DNA of 56,076 nucleotides from Chiloscyllium plagiosum (lineage: Eukaryota), in assembly GCF_004010195.1 (NCBI RefSeq), contig NC_057719.1, positions 8,579,604 through 8,635,679 on the forward strand, written 5' to 3'. Shown here in pieces: positions 1-12,734 of this stretch (position 1 is its first letter; every line of letters starts with the position of its first letter). The notes beneath the pieces are model-generated. The model ran no database searches, was not told the DNA's origin, and worked only from the letters and a program-made list of their open reading frames with translations. A program made the translations under genes and the position numbers.

Positions 1-240
1 CCAATGGAAACATCTTCCCAACCATTCCGTATTCTGTATGTTTCAATTAGATTCCCCCCTCAACCTTCTGAACTCCATCGAGTCTGGACCTAGAGTTCTC
101 CAATGTTCCTCACATGTTAAGCTTTACATTCCTGGGACCATTCTCGTGAACCTCGTCTGAACACGCTCCAGGGCCTGTGCATCCTTCCTGAGACATGGGG
201 CCCAATACTCCAAATGTGGTCTGACTAGAGCCTGTAGTTC
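1..240 (-). mobile_element. CR1 LINE ORF2 3' fragment
   Basis: Reverse complement of the LVRPHLEY...GNLIETY region (tactccaaatgtggtctgactagag; gtatgtttcaattag). Confidence 0.75.
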
Positions 241-249
241 CTAATCAGG

Positions 250-500
250 ATGGTGTGTGGTTTGGAGAGGAATTTGCTGGTGGCAGTAATGCTTCCATGT
301 ATCTGTTGCCCTTCTCCTTCTGCTTGGTACCACTCTTAGGTTTGCTAGGAACAGTCAAAGTCGCCTTTGCAGTGTATCTGGTAGATGCTACACCCTGCTG
401 CCGCTGGGCATTGGTGGTGAAGGGATTGAATGGTGAAGGTGGTGGACGGGATGCCAAAGCAGACTGCTTTGCCCTGGATGCTGGTGAACATGGATGCTGA
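250..500 (-). mobile_element. L2/Crack-like LINE (family B) 3' fragment, decayed
   Basis: gcagactgctttgccctggatg is the reverse complement of the catccaggacaaagcagc motif in the + strand copies at 7178, 13832 and 33098. Confidence 0.65.
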
Positions 501-630
501 GATGTAAGGCATAAGACCTTCTTTGTCCGAGTCAAATGGACTCATTTAACCTGGTTCGCAAGACAAACAAAAGCAGCTGGTGCGCAGGCATTGAGTGGGT
601 GGTGTGTGGAAATGGTGGTGGTGATGGAGG

Positions 631-980
631 GACAACATGGTGGCTCAGTGGTTAGCATTGCTGCCACATAGCACCAGAGACCTGGATTCAATTCCCGTCT
701 CGGGTGACTGTCCATGTGGAGTTTGCACATTCTCTCCGTGTCTGTGTGGGTTTCTTCTGGATGCTCCGGTTTCATCCAACAGTTCAAAGATGTGCAGGTT
801 AGGCAAGTTGACCATGCTAAATTACCCTTAGTGTTCAGGGATGTGTGGGTTAGGTGCATTAGTTAGAGGTAAATGTAGAGTCATAGGGTTGGTGAATGGT
901 TCTGGCTGGGTTACTCTTCGGAGGGTCAGTGTGGGTCTCTCAGGTCAAATGGCCTGTTTCCACACTTTAGGAATTCTGTG
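631..980 (+). mobile_element. HE1-type tRNA-derived SINE (V-SINE)
   Basis: A box tggctcagtgg, B box-like gattcaattcc, V-domain gtggagtttgcacattctc, CR1-like tail ggcctgtttccacact. Confidence 0.9.
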
Positions 981-1297
981 ACGTGACAAGGAACTGTGGT
1001 TGGGCCTTTTACCAATCCCTTGCCTCTGTTAGTGTAGATAGATGGGATATAATAGAGAACATATAATTCTGTTGTGAAGATGTGCTCCCTTAATGTCCTC
1101 AAATCTAGTTGCTGTTAAGTAATCAGCGGATGAGGTAATGTCGAGATTAACTGTTGCTTTGCTATGTGCCTTTGCATATTGGAGGTCAGAGACAAGCGAC
1201 ATTTTAGGAATGCTTTATAGCAAGGAGGACTGGGGTGCAATATCAACACTGTGAGTCTACCTAATCGTGGAGTGTTGTCAAGTTATTCAACTTGCCA

Positions 1298-1462
1298 CTG
1301 CATGGTATATATTATACATATAGAAGTGCTGGTAGTATGTGCTGGCAGCATGATATATATATGCTGGTGGCATGGTATGTATGCTGGTGGCATGGTGTAT
1401 ATTGCTGGTGGCACACTATATATATAAAATATATATGTGCATGTGTGTGTGCGCACACGTGC
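1298..1462. repeat. Degenerate ~21-bp tandem repeat (atgctggtggcatggtatgt) with TA/TG runs
   Basis: tgctggt/tgctggc recurs about five times between 1327 and 1415. Confidence 0.7.
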
Positions 1463-1474
1463 TGGAAATGTGTT

Positions 1475-1805
1475 GGGGGCAGGGTGGCTCAATGGTTAGC
1501 AATGCTGCATCAGGAACCTGGGTTCGATTCCACCCTCGGGCAACTGTCTGTGTGGAGTCTGCACATTTTCCCTGTGTCTGCGCAGGTTCCCTCAAGGTGC
1601 TCCGGTTTCCTCTCACAGTCCAAAGATGTGCAGGCTTGGGTGGATTGGTCAAATTATATTGCTCTTAATGTCCAGGGATGGTGCAGGCTAGGTGGATTGG
1701 CCATGGGAAATAGAGGGGAGGGGAAGGGTCTGGATGTGGTGCTCTTTAGAGACTCGGTATCGACTCGATGGGCCGAATGGCCTACTTCCACGCTGCAGGG
1801 ATTCT
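1475..1805 (+). mobile_element. HE1-type SINE
   Basis: A box, B box ggttcgattcc, V-domain, CR1-like tail. Confidence 0.9.
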
Positions 1806-2571
1806 CTCATCTGAACTTGGAGTAACATCATAGCCTATCTAGGTTTGACCCTGTGCCCGAAACAGCGCAGTTTGCAGCAACAGTTCTTGTTAAGTTAGCA
1901 TGAGCCTGTTGATACTGAAGTTGCTTGCAGCAACATACAGGAGCTTAATTCTCGCAGTCTCCGGGATTGCAACTGCCAGCTGTTAACCCTTGCCTTCGGC
2001 TGTACCTGGGGAATGGTCGAGCAGAGGGACAGGTGTAGCACTGCACATACCCCCTCAACTTCATTCAGACACCAACCCAGCAAAAAAAAAGCAATGATTT
2101 AAAAAAGCAATGAATTATATGAATGCTCACAAGCTCAAGCCAATGGTTGACAAATGGCCATACATTAATCACTGCGACTAGTCAATAAAAGTTAATACTC
2201 AGCTCCTGCATTGAATAGATTGGAATGAATGATATGTACAAGATCTGATTAATGTCTGCACTCTGCTTTCTCTCATCTCTAACTATTGGTGTCTTCGTAT
2301 AATTAAATACATGGAACACCATCGCATTATCTGCTCAGATCACAACACCAACTAATAGCTCTTTCAAGTGTCGACATGATGCAGCACTGCACTGAAACAG
2401 AGATGATACTTCAATAGTACTTCATCGGCTCTGAGGCACTTTGGGCATCTCGAGATTGCGAAGGTTACAAAAAAGGAACATTCACTCTCTCTCTCTCTCT
2501 CGTACAGTTTCAAGAAACTGCCTCCACAGAGATTGCTCAGATCATAACACCTGCATCGTGTACTCTTACAA

Positions 2572-2866
2572 AAACAACAACATTGCATTTTACTAGCACC
2601 TTTCGCAAACTCAGGGCACTGTAAAGTGCTTTGCAACCAATTAGGGACTTTCAAAGTGTAGGGCTAAGCATTGACCAGGACAAAGTGGATAACAGCCCTA
2701 TTCTGTGTTGAGTAACTGCCACAGGACCTTTTCGGTCAATCTGAAAGGGTCTCAGTTTAATGGTTCATCTGACAGTACAGCACTCCCCCAGTACTGCACA
2801 ATAGAGCAAGCTCAGCTCTCTGCAGTGGGATTTAAACCCACAAATGTTGTCACTCAAAGATGAGAG
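2572..2866 (-). mobile_element. DeuSINE/SacSINE1-like SINE
   Basis: Tail ttgcattttactagcacctttc, core gacagtacagcactccccagtactgca, head gggatttaaacccac. Confidence 0.7.
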
Positions 2867-3270
2867 TCATAGGGATGTACAGCACAGAAACAGTCCCTTT
2901 GGTCCAACTCATTCACGCTGACCAGATCTCCTAAACTAATCCCATTTGCCAGCATTTGGTCCATATCCCTCTAAACCCATCCTATTCATATACCCATCCA
3001 GATGTCTTTTAAATGTTGTAATTGTATCAGCCTCAATCACTGCCTCAGCTCACTCCATTCACTCACCACCTGCTGCGTGAAAAAGTTGCCCCTTAGGTTC
3101 CTTTTCCCTCTCACCCTAAACCTATGCCCTCTAGTTATGGAATCCCCCCAACCCTGGGGAAAAGACCACACGGTCCATTCTCTCATGATTTTATAAACCT
3201 CTGTAAGGTCACCCCTCAGCCTCCGACGCTCCAGGGAAAACAGCCCCAACTTATTCAGCCTCTCTCTATG
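2867..3270 (-). mobile_element. HER1/CR1 LINE 3' end
   Basis: ORF 3037-3249(-) GLFSLERRRLRGDLTEVYKIMR...RGHRFRV...FFTQ. Confidence 0.9.
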
Positions 3271-4060
3271 GAGTCATCCCTGAACAGGGCCCACACTGGC
3301 CTGAGTGAACAGCATTCAAGTGCTTGGAACATAGCTTGGATGAGAGGATGTTCTCTTTTGCAACATTAATGCAGGATGTCCCTTACAGTTCAATCTGCAC
3401 CTGTCCCCTGGGGAAATAAATAAGAATTTAATTTTACATTTAATAAAGTGAAAGCTGCTAATCTTCTATCAGAAAATTCAGAGCAATGTAATCCGTTTAT
3501 TAGTTACATCACTAGAACATTAACTGCATCTCGGCATTATCTCTCTGTGTGTAATGGAAAATCCTACTGTAAGCCCACTTCAAAGCGGCTGCTTCTCTGT
3601 ATCTGTAATTGGATTCCCAAAAAAAAAGACAGTCAGCAGCAGGCAACGGGGAAAATCATTTCCGAAACACTGGCAGTGGAGGAACGATGGGCGATGCAGC
3701 ACAGGAAGAGCGCCCATCGTATTGGAAGACCTCACCAGTTTGTCCATCTCCTTCCCAGCCGCGCAAATGTATCTTCCTCAAACATTCGTTCAATTGCTTT
3801 TTGCAAAGTTGCTGCTGAATCTGCCTCCACAACCCTTTCAGACCTGAGCATTAATGAAAAGCGAAATCCCAAAGATGCCCCCACCATTCCCCCCATGATC
3901 CCGGATTTTTTATGTCAGGATTTCTGTCATATACCCAAAAGAAATTGATGATGAGGTTCCAAGGTTTGTGGGGTAGTATGAGAGGCTTCGTATTCGACCC
4001 CAACCAATTTGAGAATGTCACCTCCCCAGCTGCCAGGATCGATGTTGGGTGCCTTCATTT

Positions 4061-4362
4061 TAGGTGGCTCAGTGGTTAGCACTGCTGCCTCACAGCACCA
4101 GGGACCCGGCTTCGATTCCAGCCTCAGCTGACTGTCTGCGTGGAGTCTGCACATTCTCTCCGCTTCTGCATGGGTTACCTCCCACAGTCCAAAGACATGC
4201 AGGTGAGGTGGACTGCTCATGCTGAATTGCCCATGGTGTTCGCGTTAGGTGAATTAGCCATGGGAAATGCAGGGTCACAGGGATGGGGTAGGATGTTGTT
4301 CAGAGGGTTGGTGCAGACTTGATGGGCTGAATGGTCTGCTTCCACACTGTAGGGATTCGATG
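4061..4362 (+). mobile_element. HE1-type SINE
   Basis: A/B boxes, V-domain, tail ttccacactgtagggattc. Confidence 0.9.
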
Positions 4363-4649
4363 ATTTTTGTTTTAGTCCACTGCTTCAGAACGGCATTGAT
4401 ATGGAAAGCCACTGTCAGAACCTCATGGATCGATACACAATGCCCAACTCATCAAAGCTCCCACTGACATGCCTGAATGTCACACTGTTACTGAAGTTAC
4501 TGAAATAACCTTTTCCTAATATCCAAAAGCAGCCATTGGCAATCCCGTTGTTAATCACAGGAGGGGAGCGAGTGGGACGACTGAAATCTGCTTTTATTTT
4601 CAGGGTTTTACTGATTGAGGATTTCAAACATTTTTTTCCTTTTTCCCCC

Positions 4650-4985
4650 TCTCATATTATGAGGGTGTCACTGGCTCAGCCAGCATTTATTGCCCATCCC
4701 TAATTGCCCAGAGGGTAGTTCAGAGTCAAGCCCATTGCTGTGGGTCTGGTGTCACATGTTGGACAGGCCAGCTAAAGGAGATACCCTCCTCTACAGGACC
4801 AGGTGGATTGTTACACAATTGACAGTATTCACGTGGTGGGGCTAACTTTTTTTTAAAGAATCCTCGCTATTATATTGAATTCAAATTTCACCTTCCGTCG
4901 TGGTGGGGTTTGAACCCATGTCCCTATGGCATGACCCTACGGCTCTGGATTACTAGTGCAGTGACATCACTGCCACACCACTGCC
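4650..4985 (-). mobile_element. tRNA-derived SINE (family B) sharing the family-B LINE tail
   Basis: ccagcatttattgcccatccctaattgcccagaggg is the reverse complement of the tail in the copy at 34490-34850. Confidence 0.75.
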
Positions 4986-5147
4986 TCTGCTTTCATCTAC
5001 AGCACTATCAACAGTTTACCTCCCTATGCGCCGTTCCCCCACACACATCCTACTCTTCCAAGCCCCTAACAATTTCCTCCTCCCTGTGGCTCAGTTGGTA
5101 ACACTTTTACCTTTGAGCCTGAAGTTGCAGGATTTGAGTCCCATCAT

Positions 5148-5485
5148 AGAATAGAATCACTACAATGTTGAAACAGTTCATTTGGCCCAACAAGACTACG
5201 CTGACCCTCTGTAGAGTATCCCACCCAGACCCATTATCCTATGTTTTTCCTAACTAATGCACCAAACCCACACATCCCTGAACACTATGGGCAATTTAGC
5301 ACGGCCAATTCACCTGACCTGCACATCTATGGACTGTGGAGGAAGCTGGAGCACCTGGAGGAAACCCACGCAGACACGGGGAGAATGTGCAAAATCCACA
5401 CAGATAGATGCCCAAGGCTGGAATCGAACCTGGATCCCTGGAGCCATGAGGCAACAGTGCTAACCACTGAGCCACCATGCTGCCC
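5148..5485 (-). mobile_element. HE1-type SINE nested in a DeuSINE-like copy (about 5075-5700, +)
   Basis: Reverse A/B boxes (ggaatcgaacc, accactgagcca); host head gtggctcagttggtaacac upstream and host body resumes downstream. Confidence 0.85.
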
Positions 5486-5699
5486 TCTCAGGTGAATATC
5501 AGAGGTCCCATCATCCCATTACAAAGAAGACTGAGGAAGTCCTTCCCATTAAGGCTAAGACAAACTATCCAGTCATCCTAACGTTGTGTGGGAATTTATG
5601 AATTGGCTGCTCCATTCTCAGCATTGCAACTCCCAAAAAAAATGGACTTCACTGGCTGGAAACTGCTTTGAGAGATCTCAGGCTCATGACTGTCACAAC

Positions 5700-6305
5700 A
5701 TAGGATTATAGACGATAAGAGCAGGAGAAGGCCATTCAGCCCTTCAAGCCTGCTCCACCATTCATCACAATCATGGCTGATCATCCAACTCAAGAGCCTA
5801 ATCCTGCTTCTCCCCAAAACCTTTGATCTCATTCACCCCAAGTGCTATATTTAGCCGCCTCTTGAATAGGTTCAATATTTTGGCATCAACTACTTCCTGC
5901 GGTGATGAATTCCACAGGCTCGCCATTGTTTGGGTGAAGAAATGTCTCCTCATCTCCATCCTAAATGGTCTACCCTGAATCCTCAGACTGTGACCCCTGG
6001 TTCTGGACACACCCACCATCCTCCCTGCATCTACCCTGTCTAGTCTTGGTAGAATTTTATAAGTCTCTGTGATCCTCCTCCCTCATTCGTCTGAATTCCA
6101 GGGTCAATCTCTCCTCGTATGTCAGTCCCGCCATCCCTGGAATCAACCTGGAAAACCTTCGCTCACTCCTGAGAGCAAGAGCATCCTTCCTCAGAAAAGG
6201 AGACCAAGACTATACACAATATTCTTGGTGTGGACTCACCAAGGTCCTGCATAACTGCAACAACACATTCCTGCTCCCATACTTAAAACCTCTCGCAATG
6301 AACAT
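5700..6305 (-). mobile_element. CR1 LINE 3' fragment
   Basis: ORF 5798-6019(-) SRTRGHSLRI...FFTQ...LWNS; LVSPHQEYCV at about 6210. Confidence 0.9.
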
Positions 6306-6964
6306 GAACACACCTCTCCAGATTTTCTCTGACTTCGTTAGAATTGTCGATAGCTCACAACAGACCTGACAGAGGACAATCAGCCCAGCAAGTCTACATT
6401 TATTCCCAGGGGAGTAACCCAATATATCCGATTGCCCCATCTTATCTCTGATGCCCTGTATCATTGCAATCAGATGTCCCAGAATCCTGTGCTCCTAAAT
6501 GGAACTGTCACGGCAACAGCAAAGTGACACGTACATTTTCCATCACTGACATAGAGGACTCTTTTCTTAGCATTTGTAAAAACGAACTGATCAAAGAGAA
6601 ATGATTGCAGCTAATTAAAATTCCAGCAGTATTGGGCAGTGAATTATGTCAGAACAGAGGCATAGTCAATGGTATAAATGATGCATATAGCTCTGGGGTT
6701 TTTTAACTTTCCTTTTCACATTGCTGCTTGCAGTTAGACCGCTCGACTATTTAATTGTACCATACAACACTAGTCTTCTGTTAATGTTTAGAATCATGTA
6801 GCAATGTCGCTGAAAAGTGTGAGATTTCCTGAGCTGATCTAAAGATGTCACCAGCAGCTATGGACACTAGTCTATCTGATAGGGCAGCCTGATGTCTTTT
6901 TACTTTAATTATTAATTCATTTTATTACAAGGGGTTAGAATATAAAAGTAGGGAAGTCTCACCT

Positions 6965-8515
6965 AAAAACAGCCTGGGGATTACCATTGACTAGTCATTA
7001 AACTGGCCCAGCCATGGCAATGCTGGTCAGAGGCGAGGAATCTTGCAGCGGGTAACTCACCCCCTGACTCCTCAACACCTGCCTACCATCAACAAAACAC
7101 AATTCAGGAGTGTGACAGAATACTCCCCACTTGCCCTGGATGGGGACAGTTCCAACAACACTCAAGAGGCTTGACACCATCCAGGACAAAGCAACCCACT
7201 TGATTGGCACCACATCCCCAAGCATCCACTTCCTCCATCACACGTGCACATGAACAGTTGTGTGCATTGTCTACAAGACACACTGCAGCAGTTCACCAAG
7301 GTTCCTTCAACAGCATCTTCCAAACCCATGACCACTTCCAAATCAGAAAGACAAGCTCCAAGGGAACAGCACCATCTGCAAGTTCCCCTCCAAACCACTC
7401 GCCATCCTGATTGGAAATATATTGCCGTGCCTTCTCTGTCACTGGGTCAAGATCCTGGAATTTCCTCCTTAGGGGCATTGTGGGTCCACCCATAGCAGGT
7501 GGACTTCATACCAAAATTGGAGGTGTAGTGGACAGCGAAGAGGGTTACCTCAGATTACAACAGGATCTTGATCAGATGGGCCAATGGGCCGAGAAGTGGC
7601 AGATGGAGTTTAATTCAGATAAATGCGAGGTGCTGCATTTTGGGAAAGCAAATCTTAGCAGGACTTATACACTTAATGGTAAGGTCCTAGGGAGTGTTGC
7701 TGAATAAAGAGACCTTGGAGTGCAGGTTCATAGGTCCTTGAAAGTGGAGTCGCAGATAGATAGGATAGTGAAGAAGGCATTTGGTATGCTTTCCTTTATT
7801 GGTCAGAGTATTGAGTACAGGAGTTGGGAGGTCATGTTGCGGCTGTACAGGACATTGGTTAGGCCACTGTTGGAATATTGCATGCAATTCTGGTCTCCTT
7901 CCTATCGGAAAGACGTTGTGAAACTTGAAAGGGTTCAGAAAAGATTTACAAGGATGTTGCCAGGGTAGGAGGATCTGAGCTGCAAGGAGAGGCTGAACAG
8001 GTTGGGGCTGTTTTCCCTGGAGCGTCAGAGGCTGAGGGGCGACCTCATAGAGGTTTCCAAAATTATGAGGGGCATGGATAGGGTAAATAGGCAAAGTCTT
8101 TTCCCTGGGGTTGGGGAGTCCAGAACTAGAGGGCATAGGTTTAGGGTGAGAAGGGAAAGATATAAAAGAGATCTAAGGGGCAACTTTTTCATGCAGAGGG
8201 TGGTACGTGTATGGAATGAGCTGCCAGGGGATGTGGTGGAGGCTATTGCAATTGCAACATTTAAAAGGCATTTGGATGGGTATATGAATAGGAAGGGTTT
8301 GGAATGATATGGGCCGGGTGTTGGCAGGTGGGACTAGATTGGGTTGGGATATCTGGTCGTCAAGGACAGGTTGGACCGAAGGGTCTGTTTCCATGCTGTA
8401 CATCTCTATGACACTATGACTCTAAGGCAGCTCACCACCACCTTCTCATGGGAAACAAGCTACAGGCAATAAATGTTTGCTCAACCAATGACATCCATGT
8501 CTCAGAATGAATAAG
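6965..8515 (+). mobile_element. L2/Crack-like LINE (family B) 3' part, interrupted by HER1 at 7508-8424
   Basis: LDTIQDKA motif; host resumes aaggcagctcaccaccacc at about 8424 and ends ggcaataaatg...tgaataa. Confidence 0.8.
7508..8424 (+). mobile_element. HER1/CR1 LINE 3' ~0.9 kb, weakly decayed
   Basis: TKIGGVVDSEEGYLRLQQDLD...KWQMEFN, LYRTLVRPLLEYC..FWSP, FKRHLDGYMNRKG; a few stops; tail (ctatgact)-like. Confidence 0.95.
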
Positions 8516-8687
8516 AGGAAAACATCTTGCTGCCATTGCACAAGAATTTGAATTTGAATGAGCTTTATTGTCACATGTACAAATATGAGTGGAGTGAAAG
8601 TTTATAAGTCGCTGTTTGTGGCGTCATCTTTGGTACAAGGTACCTCGGTATAAATTCCTCAGCACAATCTCTTATACAGTCAAACAG

Positions 8688-9350
8688 TCATAGAGTCCTA
8701 CAGCATGGAGACAGGCCCTTTGGCCCAAATTGGTCCATGTCGACCAAAGTGTCCATCCCCGCTAACCTCATTTCCCTGCACTTGGCCCGTAACTTTCCAA
8801 ACGTTTTCCTGCCCATGTATTTGTCCAAATGCCTTTTAAGTGTTAATGTACCTGTCTCAACCACTTCTACTGGTAGCTCATTCCATATGCGTACCACCCT
8901 CTGTGTAAAATAGTTGCCCCTCAGGTTCCCTTTTATTCTTTTTCCTCTCACTTTAAGTTGATGCCCTCTAGTCCTCGATTCCCCAACCCTGGGAAAAAGA
9001 CTGAGTGCATTCACCCTATCCATGCCTCTTATGATCTTATACACTTCTATCGGATCCTCCCTCAGTCTCCTATACTCTAAAGAAAAAAGTCCTAGTTTAT
9101 CCAACCTCTCCCTGTAACTCACGCCATTGAGTCCTGGCAACATCCTTGTAAATTTCTTATGGACTATTTCCAGTTTAATAACATCCTTCCTATAGCATGG
9201 TGACCAAAACTGAACACAATACTTCAAGTGTGGCCTCACCAATGTTCTGTACAACTCTAACATAACTTTCCAACTTCTGAATTCAATGCCCTGACTGATG
9301 ATGGCCAGTCTGCCAAAAACAACCTTCAAAGCCCTGTCTACGTGTGACTT
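8688..9350 (-). mobile_element. HER1/CR1 LINE 3' fragment
   Basis: 226-aa ORF 8688-9368(-) with LYRTLVRPHLKYCVQFWSP and RVVRIWNELP. Confidence 0.95.
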
Positions 9351-10644
9351 AACCCAGATATGGGGCATTAGCTTGCAATTAGTTACTCACTTGGTCCCTC
9401 CACAAATGCTGCCAGACCTGCTGAGTATTTCCAGTGTTTTCTACGTTGGTATCCAACAGGAACATGGATGGTGGTAGAGCATTGCTGCCTGTATCTTCCC
9501 CAATGAGATGTTCTTCAGGTAATGGGACCACCCTTCACCGCCACGAAGGTCTACAAGACAAAAATCAGAAATTGCTGGGAGAACTCAGCAGGTCTGGCAA
9601 CAACTTCAGAAATAAAAAAAAAAACAGAGTCAACATTTCAGGGGCAGTGACCCTCCCTCAGAACCTGGGACCTCTCTCAGCTGCAAGCCCAGGATTCGGC
9701 AAGACATGGGTCAGAAAACCCGCCACAGAAAGAACTACTGTACATGCAGGGGACAGGTGACTTCAAAACCGGGGTAAGCAGCAGTTGAGCTGCCACATTG
9801 AACCACAGGATTTTCATCTCAAGCTTCCAGAATAATGAAACAATGCATACTGCGTGCCACAGAACTCCTTCCTGACAGTGAATCATTTGCATAATCATGA
9901 AGAATGTTCCACGAAATTAAGTCAATCAGGGAAGTCCCCAGTGCAAATTAGAGATCTTTCAATTAACATAGCAGCATGCTTTTGGCTCCGACACAGTTGG
10001 GATTATTCCTGATGGCATTGCCAGTCATGCTCTGCCTCATTGCATTACACACAGCACACCTGGAGCAGACCCCCGAAAACACTTTGTGTCACTCCAGCCA
10101 CGCACGCTGCCTCTGAAGTCTTCCCAGCTCATTAATTACTCAGGCATACTGGGCAACAGATGTCAAGAGGCAGGCACACATGCAGGAAGGCTGCTACAAT
10201 GCTCTTGCTGGCTGGATATTCCCTTCCCCCAACTTCGCCATCCCCAGCCTTGCTTTCCCCAAGGAATTCTCTTCGAATTCCCTCAGCGTCCAGCAACCCA
10301 TCGATTCCGTCTTGGCTTTATGATCGAGCATCCACAGCTCTCTGGGATAGAGAATTCCAAACATTTACAACTGCCTCAATCCCTCCCGCTCACCTCGGTC
10401 CAAACCAACTCATCCCGAACCCTGAAACTGTGATTCTCAATTAAGGGGATTCGGTCTGTCAGCATCCAAACCCTCGGAGAGTTTTAAACATTTCATTGAG
10501 ATTGCTACATTCCCAGGAAAAGGGCTGATTCGAAGAACTGATGATTATAAGAAATAATTGGAATTGAAACCACTCTGCCATTTAATGAGATCACGCCTGA
10601 TCTTCCATATCGTTTTCCTGTACTATTCCAGTATTTCTTGATCA

Positions 10645-11192
10645 GCCACCTTTGGAGTACGGTGTACAGATCTGATCACCCTGTTATAGGAAGGATATTA
10701 TTAAGTTGGAGAATGTTCAGAAAAGACGTCCCAGAATATTGCCGAGACTGGAGGCTTTCAGTTATAAGGATAGGCTGGGACTTTTCTCACTGGAGTGTAA
10801 GAGGTCGAAGAATAAACTTATAGAGGTTTGTAAAATCATGAGGGGCATTGATAAAGTGGATGGCAAAGATTTTTTTTCCCAAGGGCTGGGGAGTTCAAAA
10901 CTAGGGGGCATATTTTTAAGGTGTGAGGAGAAACGTTTAAAAGGGACCTGAGGGGCAACCTTTTCACACAAAGAGTGGTTCATGTGTGGAATGAATTGCC
11001 AGAGAAAGTGGTGTATGCAGATATAGTTCCAACATTGAAAAGACATTTGGATAAGTTCATGAATACGAAACATTTAAAGGGGTATGGGGCAAATGCAGAC
11101 AAGTGGGACTAGTTTAGTTTGGAAAACGTGGTCGGCATGGACGAGTAGGATTAAAGGGTCTGTATCTATGTTGAATGACTCCATGACTCTAT
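10645..11192 (+). mobile_element. HER1/CR1 LINE 3' fragment
   Basis: SYKDRLGLFSLE...IEVCKIMRGIDKV; tail atgactccatgactct. Confidence 0.9.
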
Positions 11193-12591
11193 GTAGACAT
11201 TGACTGAGCTCAGTCTCAAACATACTCTACAACTGAGTCTCTACAGCTGTCTGGGGCAGAGAACGACATGGATTCATCAACCTCTGAGTGAAACAAATTC
11301 TCTCATCTCAGCCCTAAATGACCGCCCTTATCCTGACACTGTATCCCCTGGTTGTAGATTCCCCCCAACACCCCTCAACCACAGCCAGAGATACAACCTC
11401 CTGAATCTACCCTGTCAATCCCAACATGGCATATAAGGCATATATATGTATTTTGGAAGAGTTCGGCGCTGTTTGTGACTGGCACAGACTAAAGGGTCAA
11501 TGGGCCTTTTTTTTGCTGTAGACCTCTATGACTCTAGGGAATAAAGAGCTAGGCTATTTAATCCTTCCTCAGATGACAATCCCTCTGCCCTGTTAACTAA
11601 CCAATTCTCTATTCATATTAATATGGTAGTCCCTAAAGTAAGTTCTTATTTGCTGGCAAATGGGAATAGATTAATTTAGGATATCTGGTCAGCATGGATG
11701 AGTTGGACTGAAGGGCCTGTTTCCATGCTGCACATCTCTATGACTCAAAATACCTTTTTGGAAATCTAAGTGCACCACATCCACAAATTCCCCGTTCTCC
11801 ATATTACAGATGCTGCCTGACCTGCTGAGTTCTTGCAATTTATTGCCATTCTCAAGTGCCTGCAGTATTTTGCCTTTATTTGTGAAAACTGAATCGTATT
11901 TGACCAATTCTTCAGAGTTCTTCAAAATTGATTTAACCACAGTAGTTGCAGGTTAAACACTTGAAGGCAAGACTGCACAGCCTTTACTGTTCTTGTCTGT
12001 CCCAGACACTTCTCCTTTTTAACCAATGTTTACATGTGTGTTTGATGTCACCTTTTTGTAACTTTTGAATCAGAATTAGTCAGTGATAAAATTCCTCCTT
12101 CTTTCACTGAAGAAAACCCAGGAAATCGCACCTTCATTTTGATCTAGTTACCTGCGTTTTTTAATTGAAGTGGGATAGCTGAATTTTGAAGAAATAAAAA
12201 TATTTGTTGTGAGAGACTGAGAGATCTTAAAAAGAGGGAAATCAAATGTTCCTCAGCATCTGGTCACTTACTTGATTGTTTTCCTTTTCAAACGCCATAG
12301 AAACTCTTACTATCTGTTTTCATATTTCTAGTTGTCTTTCTCTTGTACTCTAATTTCACCTTCCTTATTATTCTTACAATCATTTGTTTTTGCTTTTTAT
12401 GTTTTTTTTGAAACCTTGGTCGCATTGTCTGCTTTTCTTTTCAATCTGACAATATCTTTTGATTTCTTAGTTAGTTTGTCTCCTTCTTTTCTCATTGAAA
12501 TGTCTCTTTGTTGAGTGCCATGAAGCTTAACTGGATACATTTTTGTTAAACAATGGTGTTAAGGGAAATGAGCCAGAGGCAGGTACATGGA

Positions 12592-12713
12592 GGCAAAAGT
12601 GAGGACTGCAGATGCCGGAAATCAGAGTCTACATTACAGTGGAGCTGGAAAAGCACAGCAGGTCAGGCAGCATCTGAGCCTGACTGGCTGTGCTTTTCCA
12701 GCACCACTCTAAT
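12592..12713. mobile_element. Penelope-like terminal fold-back mini-insertion
   Basis: 13-bp TSD gcaggtacatgga (12579-12591, 12714-12726); internal inverted arms gctggaaaagcacagc / gctgtgcttttccagc. Confidence 0.8.
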
Positions 12714-12734
12714 GCAGGTACATGGAATAAGGTA

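Noticed and set aside
631..705. tRNA genes at A/B-box motifs
   Set aside because: SINE heads that continue into V-domain and tail, with no complete cloverleaf
8688..9368. 226-aa ORF as a host gene
   Set aside because: CR1 ORF2 C-terminus, truncated at the 5' end
9681..9773. 93-bp open exon candidate (ctctctcAG ... GGG|GTAAGC)
   Set aside because: Short pyrimidine tract next to a PLE remnant, unrecognised peptide, plausible by chance
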